Positions 20,938 through 34,599 of a stretch of 64,000 nucleotides of DNA are shown in pieces. Position numbers and translations under genes: made by a program. The stretch is taken from positions 868,001 to 932,000 of the forward strand of contig MU008156.1 of assembly GCA_010909165.1 (NCBI GenBank). The letters run 5' to 3'. The notes below the pieces were generated by a model, which saw only the letters and a list, made by a program, of their open reading frames with translations, did not search any database and was not told where the DNA came from. Numbering within the stretch: the first letter of the stretch is position 1; every line of letters starts with the position of its first letter. The stretch comes from Anthoceros angustus. Taxonomy: Eukaryota > Plantae > Anthocerotophyta.

Positions 20938-23354
20938 AACACGATAATTTTTGAAGGGGGTTAATAATCTCGAAGGGGGTTTTCCGCAAATAATCTCTGA
21001 AGGGGGTTTTTGATGGGCCCTAAAACAGCGTTTTGAAGGCATTCCGGAAAACAGCTCCGAAAAAAAGGGTGTCACCCAGAAAAATTACTACTTTCCATCT
21101 AGCAATGTTTGTGGCCAATGGTGGTCGCAAACTCCAACCTAGGGAAATAATGCAAAGTAGGAACGGTGGAGAAGGCCGTTCCTGCCGGGCAAGAACGACT
21201 GTAAACTCAGTTTTGGGATGGAAATGTGGTTTTGTTATGACACCACAAAAGCCACGGACAGGTATTTCCTAACACGTAAACATCAAGAACCGGACTTACA
21301 ACATTAACTCGGGACCCGGAAAACGAGATTTCGCCACTCATCCCCGTAGTTCAATCCATCGTCATCACTTGGTCCAGCCTTCTCCTCCATTGTCATCACT
21401 ATCTTCAGCGACACTTTCACTTGTTGTATGAAGCCACGCAACTCGCAGAGCTTATCCCTTATCGCTTTTTGTCCACCGTGACATGACAGTGTATGCTCAA
21501 CACAAACCCATAATAGTGATGACTGCTTCATTCACAAATACCTCAGTATGTTTTTAGGTAATGGATCTTATTCCCTTTTTCCTCGATTGGACCGATGGGT
21601 TACCACTCTGGCGGACTATGTGTTCCCACATATCTCCTTCATACGCATCTATGTGCTCGGTCCGATACTAGTGGATAAGAAAGTGAGGTCGTGGTGCGTT
21701 TAGCTTCACGTCAATGACCTCCCAATCCGTAATGGCCTATGCATGTCCAGACAGCCGCGCCGTAAACATCCCTCTCGGATTTTATGTCCCCATTCATCCG
21801 TGCCATTTCCAGCTTGCCTTCCCGCATTTTGATATGCCCCAAATACATATCACGTGGAGGTCCTCAATAATGCCTCATCTAGCAAAGCTTCATCCGCACT
21901 TGAAGTGGCCGTATGATCCACTTCGCACGTGAAAACCACTTCCAAGGACGTGTAGCACTAGCCCAATGTTATTCTCCACAACGATAGCAATCTCCTTCCG
22001 GTCCACAGGCTTCCCACCACTTATACTCTTCAACATACCTATGGATGCAAATCTTTTAACCCTTCCCGCAAATGGGCCACACCTTCCATCGGTGATAGGA
22101 TACCGCTGCTCCTTCTTGTCCCCCTAGCTTCACCAGATGCACCGTAGGATGGTGCTAAGGGAGGCGCCGGCCGACGGCCTCCCCAAAGATGCCTCGCCAT
22201 GGGCGCCGGCCGCCGGGCGCCTCCCCTAGCACACCTGCCCATGGCGCCGGCCGCCGGCCGCCCCAACACGCCCGCTGGGCGGGCGCCGGCCGCCTCCCTA
22301 GCACCGCCCATGGGCGCCGGCCGCGCCTCCCTAGCACACCCCGCCCATGGGCGCGCCGGCCGCCCCTAGCACCCCATGGGCCGGCCGCCCCCAACACGCC
22401 CGGCCGGCCGCCGCCGGCGCCCCCACCAACACGCCATGTTTGCCCATGGCGCCGGCCGGCGCCTCCCCTACACCCTGCCACCCATGGGCGCCGGCTGGCG
22501 CCCTCCTAGGCTGTCTTCCAAAAAAATATTTAGCGCCTCAAGAGTATTCAACCATGGACTGTTGGTCTAGTGTTTGGGAAATAAGTGTAGTAATGAATAG
22601 GTTTCGTGTTCAAACCTCGTGCCTCCTCAAGAGTTCAATTTTGTTGATTTTAAGGATGCTTGCATGGGCGCATGGGCAACTAACTTTGTTCATTTTAAGG
22701 ACGTTGGCATTGCCTTAAAGCCCAAGTGGTTGCATTGAGTGCCGAAGGTTGAAGACCACGACCGCGACCTTTTGGATGAGGGTCGTGAGACCCTAGATCT
22801 TGTGTGGCGATCGACACCTGGACCGGGCCCAAGAATGATACTATTGAAGACGAGCAAGCAATGGAGGAGAACGACAACTTCGAGGCGGAGGATATGGACC
22901 GCCTCGAATATGGCGGTGGTACTTGACCTTTCGCGCAAGGCATGGATGAGTCGCCAGCCGCACTCTTGAATGGCTATTGTCGCCGATGACCACTTCCTCC
23001 TTCAGCTTGTTTGTTGCAATGTTCTCACGACCACTTAAATGAGACTCCGCTAATGCAGATTGTTTTCATTGTGTTCCACCACTTGAAAGTAAAAGTTTTC
23101 GGTTGTAATAAACATATGAAAATGGCAGCCCTCTATGCATTCTACTAAAGCATAACGGGCCCACACCCTATGTGCTCCAGTTCGGTGTAGACTTGAAAGT
23201 GCATCTTTTATCAAAGATATGACCTCGTAAAGGGTGTGTGCATTATCAAAGTAGGGCACATATGCTGTTCTAGGTAAGGTGTTCTTCGTGACAAGGGGGT
23301 GATGTCTCGGCCGAAGGGGGTCAGTATATCCCCCCCTTCAAAAATTATCGTGTT
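20938..23354. mobile_element. TIR DNA transposon copy 2 (2417 bp), inserted into the Tnp2 transposase
   Basis: Same TIRs as copy 1, 4-bp TSD ATAA (20934-20937 and 23355-23358), near-identical internal sequence. Confidence 0.9.
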
Positions 23355-25410
23355 ATAACCCTCTCTAACCGCACTAAGGTCTCTTGTGCATGTAGCCTCA
23401 TCGCAGGAATCTCCGATGGGTCAACCTCCCTTGTCCTAGCCATCGAAATAACCGTGCCAAGCCGACTATGGGCTAATAGACCTCCCGCGGTAAAGCTCCC
23501 CGCAATGCAATTGGGAGATAATACTCCATAACTTTTTTCCAGTCATGTGTTTTAAGGCCAGATAGTTTCCCGTCTGCAAACCTCTGTCCGATGTATGCGG
23601 CAAACCCAGATGGTGGCCTAATCAACTTCAGCTGCTCATGCACCATCGCCATGGCCTCCGGCTCCACAACATACATCGCATCAACATATGTAGCATCTGC
23701 GGCTGTGCTCGACGGCCAGAGGTCTGGTTTGGTGTTTACATCATAATCTGCCATGTCCCGCCGACAGGGGAGATCATCCTTAACACCAGATAAGAAACCA
23801 TAAAGTGAAACCACAATGTTCTTCAAAATGTGCATGCAATCTTTAAGATCACCCACTAATAGATGTTGCGGATTCAGTGATAGGGGATTAGAGCACATAT
23901 TGTAACCCAAAAACAAGGCTGAAGGAATAAATGAATGATAAAGCGAGAGGTCAGGGAAAGAATAGTACCCTTTTGTAAGGGAGGTAGTCGTAGGCAGCCC
24001 ATTTCTTCCACACATTCCACCGCCATTGCTCCATATGGTCTTGTGGCGTGGCAGACTCCCATGCATCCATCTCGTCTACAATCATGGCAGTCGTTATCCT
24101 CATTGGAGGCGCGACCGTCTCTACAACTCCGTTGAAAAGATGGATGTCTTGGACCCTAAGGTCATGGTCAAGAGGGAGCAACTTCCGGGTCCCTGGGTAA
24201 ACCACTTTGTGAAGATGAGGCGAGTGTCGGGCCTCGAGGTGCTTCCAACATGGGGGGCACGCCATATATCCTGAAGTATGGAGGCCACATAAAGTTCCCA
24301 TGCCCGGGTAGTCTGCCATCATGCAGAGTTGCGCGGCTCGCAGCCTAAAAATGCTCTTTGGATGGCCAATAGGGTACGAGGCATCTACGGCTTGTATGCC
24401 ATGCCATAACTCCCGCATGTCCTCGTACAACGGCGCCAGATATACATCAAGATTGCATGGCTTATGTGGCCCAGGCACCAACACAGCCGTCAATATGTAT
24501 TCCTTCCGTATGGTCTTCCAAGGGGCCAAATTATAGTTCAGAAGTAGAACTATGCTTCTGTCCGAAGGGATTAATGCCATCAGTGCTTAAGCCAAATCGG
24601 AGATTACAGTCTTCCTCCCCGAAACCATCAATCGCATCCGGTGTAGCCCATGCGGGCATATCTGCCATTAGTGCCATTTTACCGGTCTCACTTCGGAGTT
24701 GCCGATGGGCCACACGATCGCGGGCCAGCTGTGGAATAACGAACATATGTCGGCACCTCTTCAAAAGGGGGAAGTACCACATGACTTTGCTCGGAGTGCG
24801 TTCCTTCTTCACAGTGTCGGCCCGGTAACGAGGAAGGCCACATTTCAAGCAATTTTTCTCCCTCGAATATTGCCCTCTAAACAGCATGCACCCTTTAGGA
24901 CATACATGGATCCGCTCACATCCCATCGACACACATGAAATAATGCCCAAAGCTTCCGCTCGGCTCGCCGAAAGGCAATTCCCCTCTGGTAATATTGCCG
25001 TATGCAAAGCTTGGAAAAGGGCATCCATAGCAGCGTGGCTCACTCCGTACTTTGATTGTATTTCGAGGACAATCATAACGGCCGAGAGAACATCCACTTT
25101 GGTACCGGCGAACAAAGTTCGGCCGGCTGCCACCAGGAGCTTGCCCAAATCACCGGCACCATCCGCACCCACTCCATCAAAAAAACTAGAGTCCACTCGT
25201 TCGGCAATGTCATCTGCACTTCCTTGGATGTGCCATATTCATCCTCTCCTAGCGGGTCCATAATGTCTGCATCGGCGGCGCCACTATCCTCTTCCTGGTT
25301 ATCATTGCTTTGCATTTGCCCCCCCTCGAGCGTGGCAGGTTGGCCACGGGCCCGTATCCCGGACCCCAATGGGCGGCCGAATTGGTCGTAGTATCAAGCT
25401 TCTGGGCTAT
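23355..25410 (-). pseudogene. CACTA/En-Spm Tnp2-family (Transposase_21-like) transposase core, frameshifted
   Basis: RIHVCPKGCMLF..CLKCGLPRY, NLRFGLSTDGINPFG, NYNLAPW, VPGPHKPCNLDVYLAPL, ADYPG, DCMHILKN, LSGLKTHDW. Confidence 0.9.
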
Positions 25411-25469
25411 GCACTTCCACAGGGAGTTAAGAAATAAGTAGGGTTTGTTTTTAGGATTGAAGGATAAAT

Positions 25470-28400
25470 AAAGGCGGAAAGGAGGAATAAATTGGGGTGG
25501 CGCTTGGACGAGGCTCGGAGTATACTCGGACTGGAGTGAACAACGGACCCCGGTACCACTATGGCAAGCTCGGACTACGCCGAGTAACGGATAAGTCCGG
25601 AACCCACCCAGTGTCAAAACAGGATAAGTACGCCAGTGAAAGTAACCTAGGAGCGAGGCGTGAGGATGACGAGGCGGCGCCACGTGGACGGCCCCGAGTG
25701 GAGGTCGGCATGCAGAGGTCAGACCGTAACCTGCCGAGGCCGCAGGCAGTATTCACGCCCGCGCGCGCGCGAAGGCCGCAGGCCGGTAAGCGAGGGTCGA
25801 GTAAGCCGCGCACTCGCGCTACGGACAACGAAGAGGCGCCCAGCTTTCCACAAGCGCGCCAAGGAGGAGGTCACCGCAGCCTGCATAATCCTCACGGTCC
25901 CTTGCGCCCGCAATCCGCTCGGGCGCTTTTGGGCGCCTACCGGCAGAGCGCGCAAGCAACGCGCGAAGGAGGAACATCGTGCCGACCGCCAGCAGCCTAC
26001 AAGAACAAGAGGAGGAGGAAAGCAATGGCACCCAAAAGCCGACGGAAGTCTGGGAGCCATGGACCGTGGAGCGCAACATTGTGACCCGCGCTATCCGGAC
26101 TGGGCCCCGGCCGGAGGAAGCAGGGAATTGGTGCGGAGTGGCATCCGGACGTGTTCCAAATGGTCTCGACCTTTGACAACCTACTCTAGTCCGGAGTTTG
26201 CCCGAAGATGCCGGGCGATCAACAAGGAGGTCCGATCCAAGAACCTCCGGAGGACCCGAGGCGATGGACCTTGAGGTCCCGAGGATGGCCTACAACCGCC
26301 CAAGGAGGAAGAAGGGGCGGTGCCGAGCCCCTTAAGGCGAAGGGAAGATAGGGCCGCCACGGGCGCGCCGAGGCTCGAACGCAGGACAACCAACGGATGG
26401 TTGATATCCGATCCGCCGGATACCGAGTAAGGGCGGTAGCCGGATCATTGTCCATTGAACTCGCCACCAAGGTGGATCACCTTGGTGATAACCTGCTGGT
26501 ATTCTCGCATGCGCCCAGCTGGGAAGAGAGCGACCGGGAAGGATTATCTTCGCCCGCCTGGGCCAGAGGCACGCAAGCTAAGGAGCGAGAAGCCTCGCTT
26601 ATCGACCCCATACCGATTCATGTATGGGGACATTTCGAGCCCCTCAAGGAGGAGAGCTTGAACGGGCGCCAAGGGCCGGAGGCCCCGCCAAGTAGAGCGT
26701 GCAAGGGCGCCTGAGGTGGGGGTCGCCCTTCAAGACCAAGCGACTCGGAGGAGGACGATCGAGGATTCCTGACCCCATACGCTGAGCGAACCCCTCACCA
26801 CCTGTGGAAGTTTGGGAGGAGATTCCCCTTCCTCCTTTTGCCCTGCCGCCCGCATGAGGGAGCCGATGCCGAGGGCGCTGGCCCGCACCGGCATGCAGCC
26901 CAACAACCACGACGGCCGCCGAGCCCCGACGAACTCAACGGGAGCCAAGAGGCGGAAGACGGTGCCGCTTACCAACGCAAAGACCTCGGTGCCGGACTTA
27001 CCCACGGAGTGGCAAGAGGTCAAGAGGCGGTAAGGAGGGTAAAGGGACGTGGCCCAAGGAGCAGGAGGTCACCGCAGCACACCTCGAGCCGGCCCCTGCC
27101 CCGTGAAGGGGCAAAAGAGCTTGCTCCCGACCCCCTCACCTCCTCCGAGCCCTGTGAGAAAGAGGGCACAAAGGAGTTAGAGGCCAAGAGGGCCAAGAGG
27201 GTGAGACTGACCACCACTGTGACCCGAGGGTCCCGATTAGGTCCGAGAACCCACCGACTTACTCGGCGGTATGGAGGTCCTGGATCGAGAAATGCCGGCC
27301 CCACTACGGACTTTGTGGGGGCCTCACTGCGGCCGTGGAAGAAACACGGCGAAGTCCTGCTACGGCCATGGACGGAATGCTTTGGGGTCTCGTGGTACGG
27401 AGAAGACCTGTGAAGTGGAGGCCACCCGAGGAGGATGGTGGAACCCAAGAGCAAGTGAAGGCGGCCGAGGGGCAAAGGAAAAGGCGGAGTCCTCGCCGAT
27501 CGAGGAAGGGAAACGCCTGGCGGAGCGCGAGGCCCGCGGTTCAAGCAGACTGGGTTCTTCACCGCGAACACCTGGCAAGCTCGAGGCCAAGCGGGCGGAG
27601 GACCTTGCAGCGAAGAGGGAAGCGCAGCAGAGGCGGAAGAGGCCCGGCACAAGCAGAGAGCTCGGACCGGAGGCGGCCCCAGAGGCCAAGGGCGAGGCCT
27701 GTAAAGGCGGAAAGGAGGAATAAATTGGGGTGGCGCTTGGACGAGGCTCGGAGTATACTCCGACTGAGTGAACAACGGACCCCGGTACCACTATGGCAAG
27801 CTCGGACTACGCCGAATGGGATAAGTCCGGAACCCACTCCAGTCAAATAGGATAAATCGCCGAAAGTAACCTAGGAGGCGGGCGTGAGGATGACGAGGCG
27901 GCGCGCGTGGGCGGCCACAGAGTGGAGGTCGGGCATGCGGTAGGCGGGCCGTAACCTTGCGAGGCCGTTATAGCGGTATTCACGCCCGCGGCTGCGCGGC
28001 GTAAGGCGAGTGGAGCGTGGGGGTCGAGTAAGCCATGCGGACCCACAGCGATTCTGGACAGCGCCTTCAGCCCGGTTACTTCCTGGCGCGGCCAAGGAGG
28101 AGGTCATTTGCTGTGACCTCGAGACAATCCTCACGGTCCCTTGCGCTCCATAATCCGGCTCTCTGGCTATCTTTTGGGCGCCCGATCGGCTTAGCGCGTG
28201 GCGCACCGTCAAGGTTGGAGCGTGACAGCGGCGAAGGAGGAACATCGTGCCGGCGGACTCGGCCAGCGGCTACAACAAGAGGAGGAGAAAGCAATGGCAC
28301 CCAAAAGCCGGTGATGCAGGAGCCATGGACCCTCGTGGGCGCAACATTGTGACCGGCGCTATCCGGACTGGGCCCCGGCCGGAGGCGGGGATTGGTGCGA

Positions 28401-31400
28401 GTGGCATCTGGGCGTGTTCCAAATGGTGCGGACCTTTGGCGTCACTCTAGTCGGGAGTTTGCGGAAGATCTTGGCGATCAACAAGGAGGTCGATCCAAGA
28501 ACCTCCGGAGGACCAGGCGATGGACCTTGAGGTCCCGAGGATGGCCTACAACCGGAGGAAGAAGGGGCGTGGTGCAGGCCCCTTAAGGCGAAGGGAAGAT
28601 AGGGCGGCCACGGTGGCGATCTTGAGGCACAGGCAGCGGACAACCAGCGGATGGTTGATATCCGTCTGCTGGGCGGTCGAGTAAGGCGGTAGCCGGATCA
28701 TTATCCATTGGAACACACTCACCAAGGTGGATCACCTTGGTGATAACTGTTAGTATTCACATGCGCTCGGTGAGGAAGGGTGGGAAGGATTATCTTAGGT
28801 TGATCGAGGAGCCGCAAGCTAAGGGCGAAGCCCTCGCCATCGGTGACCCCATACGATTCATGTATGGGGACATTTCGAGCTCTGAAGGAGGAGAGCTTGA
28901 GCAGGCGCTCGGGAAGGTGGAGGCCACGAGTAGGCGTGCAAGGCGCGAGGTGGGGGTCGCCCTTCAAGACCAAGCGGACTCGGGAGGAGGGCGGAGGATT
29001 CGGACTCCATCGTCTGGGCGAACCCCTCACCACCCGGGGAAGTTTGGGAGGAGATTCCCCTTCCCTCCTTTTGGTGCCCTCGGGCGGTAGCACGGAGGCG
29101 TCTGGGAGGCGTTGGCGGCTCCGGCACCGGACAGCCAACAACCACGGCGGCTGCGGGCCCACGAACTCAGCGGGGCCGAGGCGGAAGGCGGTGCCGCCTG
29201 GCACCTCGGAAGGTGCGGTACCCTTACCCACCTTGCAGGTGGAAAGTGAGGCGGTGGGAGGCGAGAAGGGGCGTGGCCCAAGGAGGCGAGGAGGTCAGCG
29301 GCGGCCCACCAGGCAGTCTGTCCCCGGGAAGGGGCAAAAGAGCTTGCTCCGGACCCCCTCACCTCCTCAAGGCCCAGGAGAAAGAGGGCACAAAGGAGTT
29401 AGAGGCCAAGAGGGCCAAGAGGGTGAGACTCGGACCTCACCACTCGGGACTGAGGTCTGATTAGGTCAGGAGAACCCGTCCGGACTTACTCGGGGCGGTA
29501 TGGAGGTCCTTGGCGGAGAAATGCGGCTCCACTACGGACTTTGTGGGGGCCTCACAGTGGCCGTGGAAGAAACAGCGAGTCACAGCTCGTCATGGGCCGG
29601 AATGCTTTGGGGTCTCTGAGTGCAGTGAGAAGACCCGAGTGGAGGCCACCGGAGGAGGATGGTGGAACTCAAGAGCAAGTGAAGGCGGCCGAGGGGCAAA
29701 AGAGCTTGCTCCGGACCCCCTCACCTCCTCAGGCCCAGGAGAAAGAGGGCACAAAGGAGTTAGAGGCCAAGAGGGCCAAGAGGGTGAGACTCGGACCTCA
29801 CCACTCGGGACTGAGGTCTGATTAGGTCAGGAGAACCCAGTCGGACTTACTCGGCGGTATGGAGGTCCTTGGCGGATCGAGAAATGCGGCTCCACTACGG
29901 ACTTTGTGGGGGCCTCACAGTGGCGGCCGTGGAAGAAACACGGCGAGTCAGCTACCGTCATGGGCCGGAATGCTTTGGGGTCTCGTAGTGCAGTGAGAAG
30001 ACCCGAGTGGAGGCCACCGGAGGAGGATGGTGGAACTCAAGAGCAAGTGAAGGCGGCCGAGGCAAAGGAAAAGGCGGAGTCCCTCGCTCGGATCGAGGAA
30101 GGAAGCCGGGTGGCGGAGCCGAGGCCAGGCGGTTCGGGGCCGGGCCAAGGTTCTTGTGTCTGACAGTGAAACAAGCTCGAGGCCAAGCAGGCGGAGGACC
30201 TTGCAGCGAAGAGGGAAGCGCAGCAGAGGCGGAAGAGGCCGGCACAAGCAGAGAGCTCGGGACTGGCGGAGGCGGCCCCAGAGCAGGCCAAGTGGGCGAG
30301 GCCTGTAAAGGCGGCGGAGTCAAGTCACAAGAAGAGCGACCGGATCACCATGCACGTGATCGAACCGTGGAGAGAGTCACAGTACCGAGGTTAACTCAAG
30401 GCCGCACAAAGGGCTATGGAGTGCAAGGCGCGAGGTGGCCCAAGGAGGAGATGGAGGCCAAGACTCGGGAGATAGGATCTCCGACACCGAGGAAGTAGAG
30501 GAGAGGCGGCAGCAGATGGAGGACAAGAAGGACACGCTGGAGCTACAACCCAAGATGCGCTTGAGCAGTGATTCTCAACGAGAGAATCCACGACTCGAGC
30601 ACGAAATAGAGTGCCCAGCCCGGCTCAAGACGGAGGAAAATCGCGACTATCCAAGGAGTTGGACGCTGCTGCTGCATGAGCCGGAGGCGGAAGAGGCCGG
30701 GCACAAGCGAGAGCTCGGGACTGGCGGGCGGCCGGCTAAGCGGCGCCAAGTGGGCGAGCCAGTAAAGCGGCGAAGGAGTCGCCGCGGCAAGCGGCAGGAT
30801 CACTCTGACGTGATCGGGTGGAGAGAGTCGTATGACGAGAGGCTAACTCGAAGGCCGCCACAGGCTATGGGCGAGCAAGGGCCGGTAGGGGAGGAGATGG
30901 AGGCCGGCCTCGGGAGATAGGAGATCTCAGAGTGCAGTGCAGGAAGTAGAGGAGGCGGCGAGATGGAGGCAGCAAGGACAGCTGGGCTACAACTCCAAGA
31001 TCGTCGAGGCGGCGGTGATTCTCAGCGAGAATCACGACCTCGAGCACGAAATAGAGTGCCTCGGCTCCGTCGAAGGCGGAGGAAAATCGGCGACTATCGA
31101 GGTTGGGCGTTGCGAAGGAGGAGGAAGTCGGGAGTCGGACGGAGGTACGGCCACTTTGGAGAGGGTGAGCTAAGGCGAATGAGCGGAGGCCGGAGCAGCT
31201 GGGCGAGAAAGAAGGCTGCTGGTCCGGTGAGAAAGGCGGAAGGAGCAGCTGCGCTATGAGTGGTGGCAATGGAGAGAAGCAGCGGGGAGGCGGAGCAGCG
31301 GAGGAGGCGGCGAGATGGAGGCCGCCTTGTAGCCTCGCGTGATGACCAGCTCGGTGTCAAATCTGGCGGAGAGGTGGCCCAACAAGCGGCACGCCCGGCT

Positions 31401-32822
31401 CCGGAACACTTATGGCGGAGGAGTATCGGGTGCTCGGGCACCGTGGAAGAGGCAATTCAACAAGTCGATTCGGACTTTGCCTATTACCACGCCGAGCTCC
31501 CTGATGAAGCCTCTCGGCGGCGGAGGCCGGACCACAGTCGGACCGGAAGGCTCGAGAAGGAGATGAAGGCCACGGGGCAGCCAGGGACCCTAGTGGCCTG
31601 TTTGAAGATAGCGAGGCGGAGGCGGCGGAGGCGGAGCGGAGGAGGCGGCGGATGCGATCGAGGTAAGCACCCGCACCTCACCATGGAAGGAGGAGGGCCA
31701 GCGAGTCACTTGAGCGATCGGGAGCAGTGGAGGACTTGAGGAGAGCCACGGAGGTCCGTGAGGGAGGAAACCCGGGTGGGCGTGAGTCGGACTTTGTCCG
31801 GACCCGGAGGCCGGACCACAGTCGGACCTCGGTAATAAGTCCGGACCACAGTCGGACCAGTCCGGACCACGTGGGACCAAGTCCGGACCACGAGTCGGAG
31901 TGTCCGGACCACAGTCGGACCACAGTCGGACCTGGCCGGCGGACCCGAAATAAGCGGACTCACGAGTTGAGTCGAGACAGACCTCGAGGCCTGCGGCGAT
32001 GAGGAGGAGCCCCGCCGACTTACGCTAGGGCCAGAGTGGACCGGCGAAGGACCGAGGGGAGGAGGATGGCGTCGTGGTAGCGGTTGTCGACCGCCGTGTA
32101 ACTGATTCGGGAGAGGAGGGCCCGCCTCACGGATCATCCGATTGGGTGCACCACAAGCTGTCGGGGACGAAGTTGGACCACCCATTCGGCGGGGCCAGGA
32201 CCTTCCACAGTCGGCGAAGGAGATAGGGGAAAATAGGGTAGGCGGCCGATTAGGGTATATGCGGCTATCATTTCGAGAATAGGGGTGTAATAAAGGCGCC
32301 TTGGCGCGATATAAGAGTGCTCTAGTAAAGCATCTTTCTCTTGGTGTTGATCGCGTTCTTGCGGACCTTTGTGAGTCTTCTTGCTAACGTGAGTCTGAGT
32401 CAGCGAGCCGGACTCGGGAGATTGATCAAGGTCCGGTGGCGGACTTAGCGTTGTGGTGTGTGTGCGGGGAAGGGTGGCGGTGACGTGCTCGTCCGGGAGC
32501 CAGCGGTCACCGGCATTTGGGCGTGTGGCCGGAGGAACTCGGGAGGCGTGTAGAGCACAGGCGGAGGAGGCGGAGCAGCGGAGGAGGTCGGGCACGTCGT
32601 CTTTTCTAAGGCGAAGAGTGTAGCGTGAGGAGAGAGGAAAGGGCGGATCGTGAGGATGTATGTGAGCACGTCTGGGCCTTGAGCAGGTCCTTAGTACTCT
32701 GAACTGTCTGTGAAACGTTGTGAGTAGTTAGGAGTATGTGTGTGTTGAGGCGGAGCAGCTGGGGCCGGTAGGAATCAGCAGTGGCAGGCCTATCATTCCC
32801 TTGGAGCGGACTTCTTCCTACA
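25470..32822 (-). mobile_element. Gypsy/Tat-like LTR retrotransposon remnant (one LTR, PBS-like site, GC-rich internal region with degenerate antisense coiled-coil ORF pieces), inserted in the Tnp2 gene
   Basis: Minus-strand LTR TGTAGG...CCCCGACA (32159-32822) followed by TGGTGCACCCAATCGG. Tnp2 coding flanks both sides. No gag-pol motifs recognised. Internal noisy duplications. Confidence 0.55.
31790..31935. repeat. Short CCGGACCACAGTCGGA-type repeat cluster
   Basis: Multiple ggaccac/gtcgga units. Confidence 0.75.
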
Positions 32823-33030
32823 GCGACCGGATTATGCCTTGGTAGCCGAAAAGTCACGCCACAAGCTGTGCGCATTATAAATTCTAAATGGATCCGGTTC
32901 TCAGGGTGCAATCCCTTGGTGGAATTGCCTGAAACAGTGCTGCCATGCAACATCGCCAGGCAAAGGCTTCATCTTCTTACATTTGCGGCAGGGGCACCAT
33001 ACAATGCACTTTTCCATCGCGGACTCTTTC
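32823..33030 (-). pseudogene. Tnp2 transposase N-terminal 'transposase-associated' Zn domain (duplicated at ~34045-34240)
   Basis: MEKCIVWCPCRKCKKMKPLPGDVAWQHC fits the CPCxxC...V..H pattern of CACTA N-termini. Confidence 0.7.
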
Positions 33031-34599
33031 GGCAGAGCTTGTGCGTAAACCTTGTTGTCAGTTGGATGTTGACACCACCAGAGTTCACAACTAATTAGTC
33101 ACGCGGGTAGCGCGGTCATTCACCACGACTAATCGTGCACCACGTTTGTATCGTGTCGTAGTGGTAGATAGTTTCACGAGTCGACCCTCTGAGTCCGGCA
33201 GAATAATGATCTGGTAAATGGCAATAATGCGTATCGATTAGTTTCATTCGAGCATAATCCACATCCGAACATGGCGGCTCCCCCATCATTGCAACCCGAG
33301 CAAGGCAGCCATGAAAGAATGATCCACTATCAACTGGACCCAAGCCGAATACCAATGGCTGTGCCACAATCGGGGCGAGTTGGACCACCCATTCGGCGGG
33401 GCCAGGACCTTCCACAGTCGGCGAAGGAGATAGGGGAAAATAGGGTAGGCGGCCGATTAGGGTATACGGCGCTATCATTTCGAATAGGGGTGTAATAAAG
33501 GCGCCTTGGGCGCGATATAAGAGTGAGGCTCTAGTAAAGCATCTTTCTCTTGGTGTTGATCGCGTTCTTGCGGACCTTTGTGAGTCTTCTTGCTAACGTG
33601 AGTCTGAGTCAGCGGCGAGCACGCGCTCGGGAGATTGATCAAGGTCCGGTGGCGGACTTAGCGTTGTGGTGTGTGCGAGGTGGAAGGTGACCGTGCTCGT
33701 CCAGCGGTCAGGCAAGCAATTTGGGCAGTGTGGCCGGAGGAACTCGGGAGGCGTGTAGAGCCGGACGGAGGCCGGAGCAGCGGAGGAGGTCGGGGGGCGT
33801 AACCAGCGTCTTTTCTAAGGCGAAGAGTGTAGCGTGAGGAGAGAGGAAAGGGGATCGTGAGGATGTATGTGAGCGATCTGGACGAGCAGGTCCTTAAGCG
33901 TTTAGCCATCTGGGCTGTCACGGTGAAACGTTGTGAGTAGTTAGGAGTATGTGTGTGTTGAGGCGAGCAGGCGCTAAGGGCGGTAGGAATCACAAGCAGC
34001 GATGGCAGGCCTATCATTCCCTTGGAGCGGACTTCTTCCTACAACGGGATTATGCGCGCGGTGACCATCGGCAAAGTCACGCCTGGCATATTACGCATTA
34101 TAAATTCTAAATGGATCCGGTTCTCGGGGTGCAATCCCTTGGTGGAATTGCTCGAAGCAGTGCTGCCATGCAACATCGCCGAGCAAAGGCTTCATCTTCT
34201 TACATTTGGCGGGGCACCATACAATGCACTTTTCCATCGCGGACTCTTTCGGCAGAGCTTGTGCGTAAACCTTGTTGTCAGTTGGATGTTGACACCACCA
34301 GAGTTCACAACTAATTAGTCACGCCCGGGAGTGGCCGCAGTCATTCTGCACCCTGACTAATCGTGCACCCACGTTTGTATCGTGTCCGTAGTGGTAGATA
34401 GTTTCACGGTCGACCCTCTGAGTCCGACAGAATAATGATCCTGGTAAATGGCAATAATGCGTATCAGTTAGTTTCATTCGAGCATAATCCACATCTGAAC
34501 ATGGCAGAAGCACTCCCCCATCATTGCAACCCGAGCAAGGCAGCCATGAAAGAATGATCCTGGCTATCACTGGACCCAAGCCCGAATACCAATGGCTGT

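Larger units (their letters stand above)
18045..21697. repeat. ~1.8-kb tandem duplication (18045-19838 and 19839-21697), indel-rich; possible assembly artefact
   Basis: Same gag start, AACAC terminus and element end appear twice, with junction microhomology CGTTTA. Confidence 0.8.

Noticed and set aside
25497-32185. Dozens of overlapping 60-250 aa ORFs, and similar ORFs at 2769-3114, 11609-12195 and 59557-60652
   Set aside because: Expected by chance in GC-rich repeats, TE remnants and UTRs; no recognisable domains.
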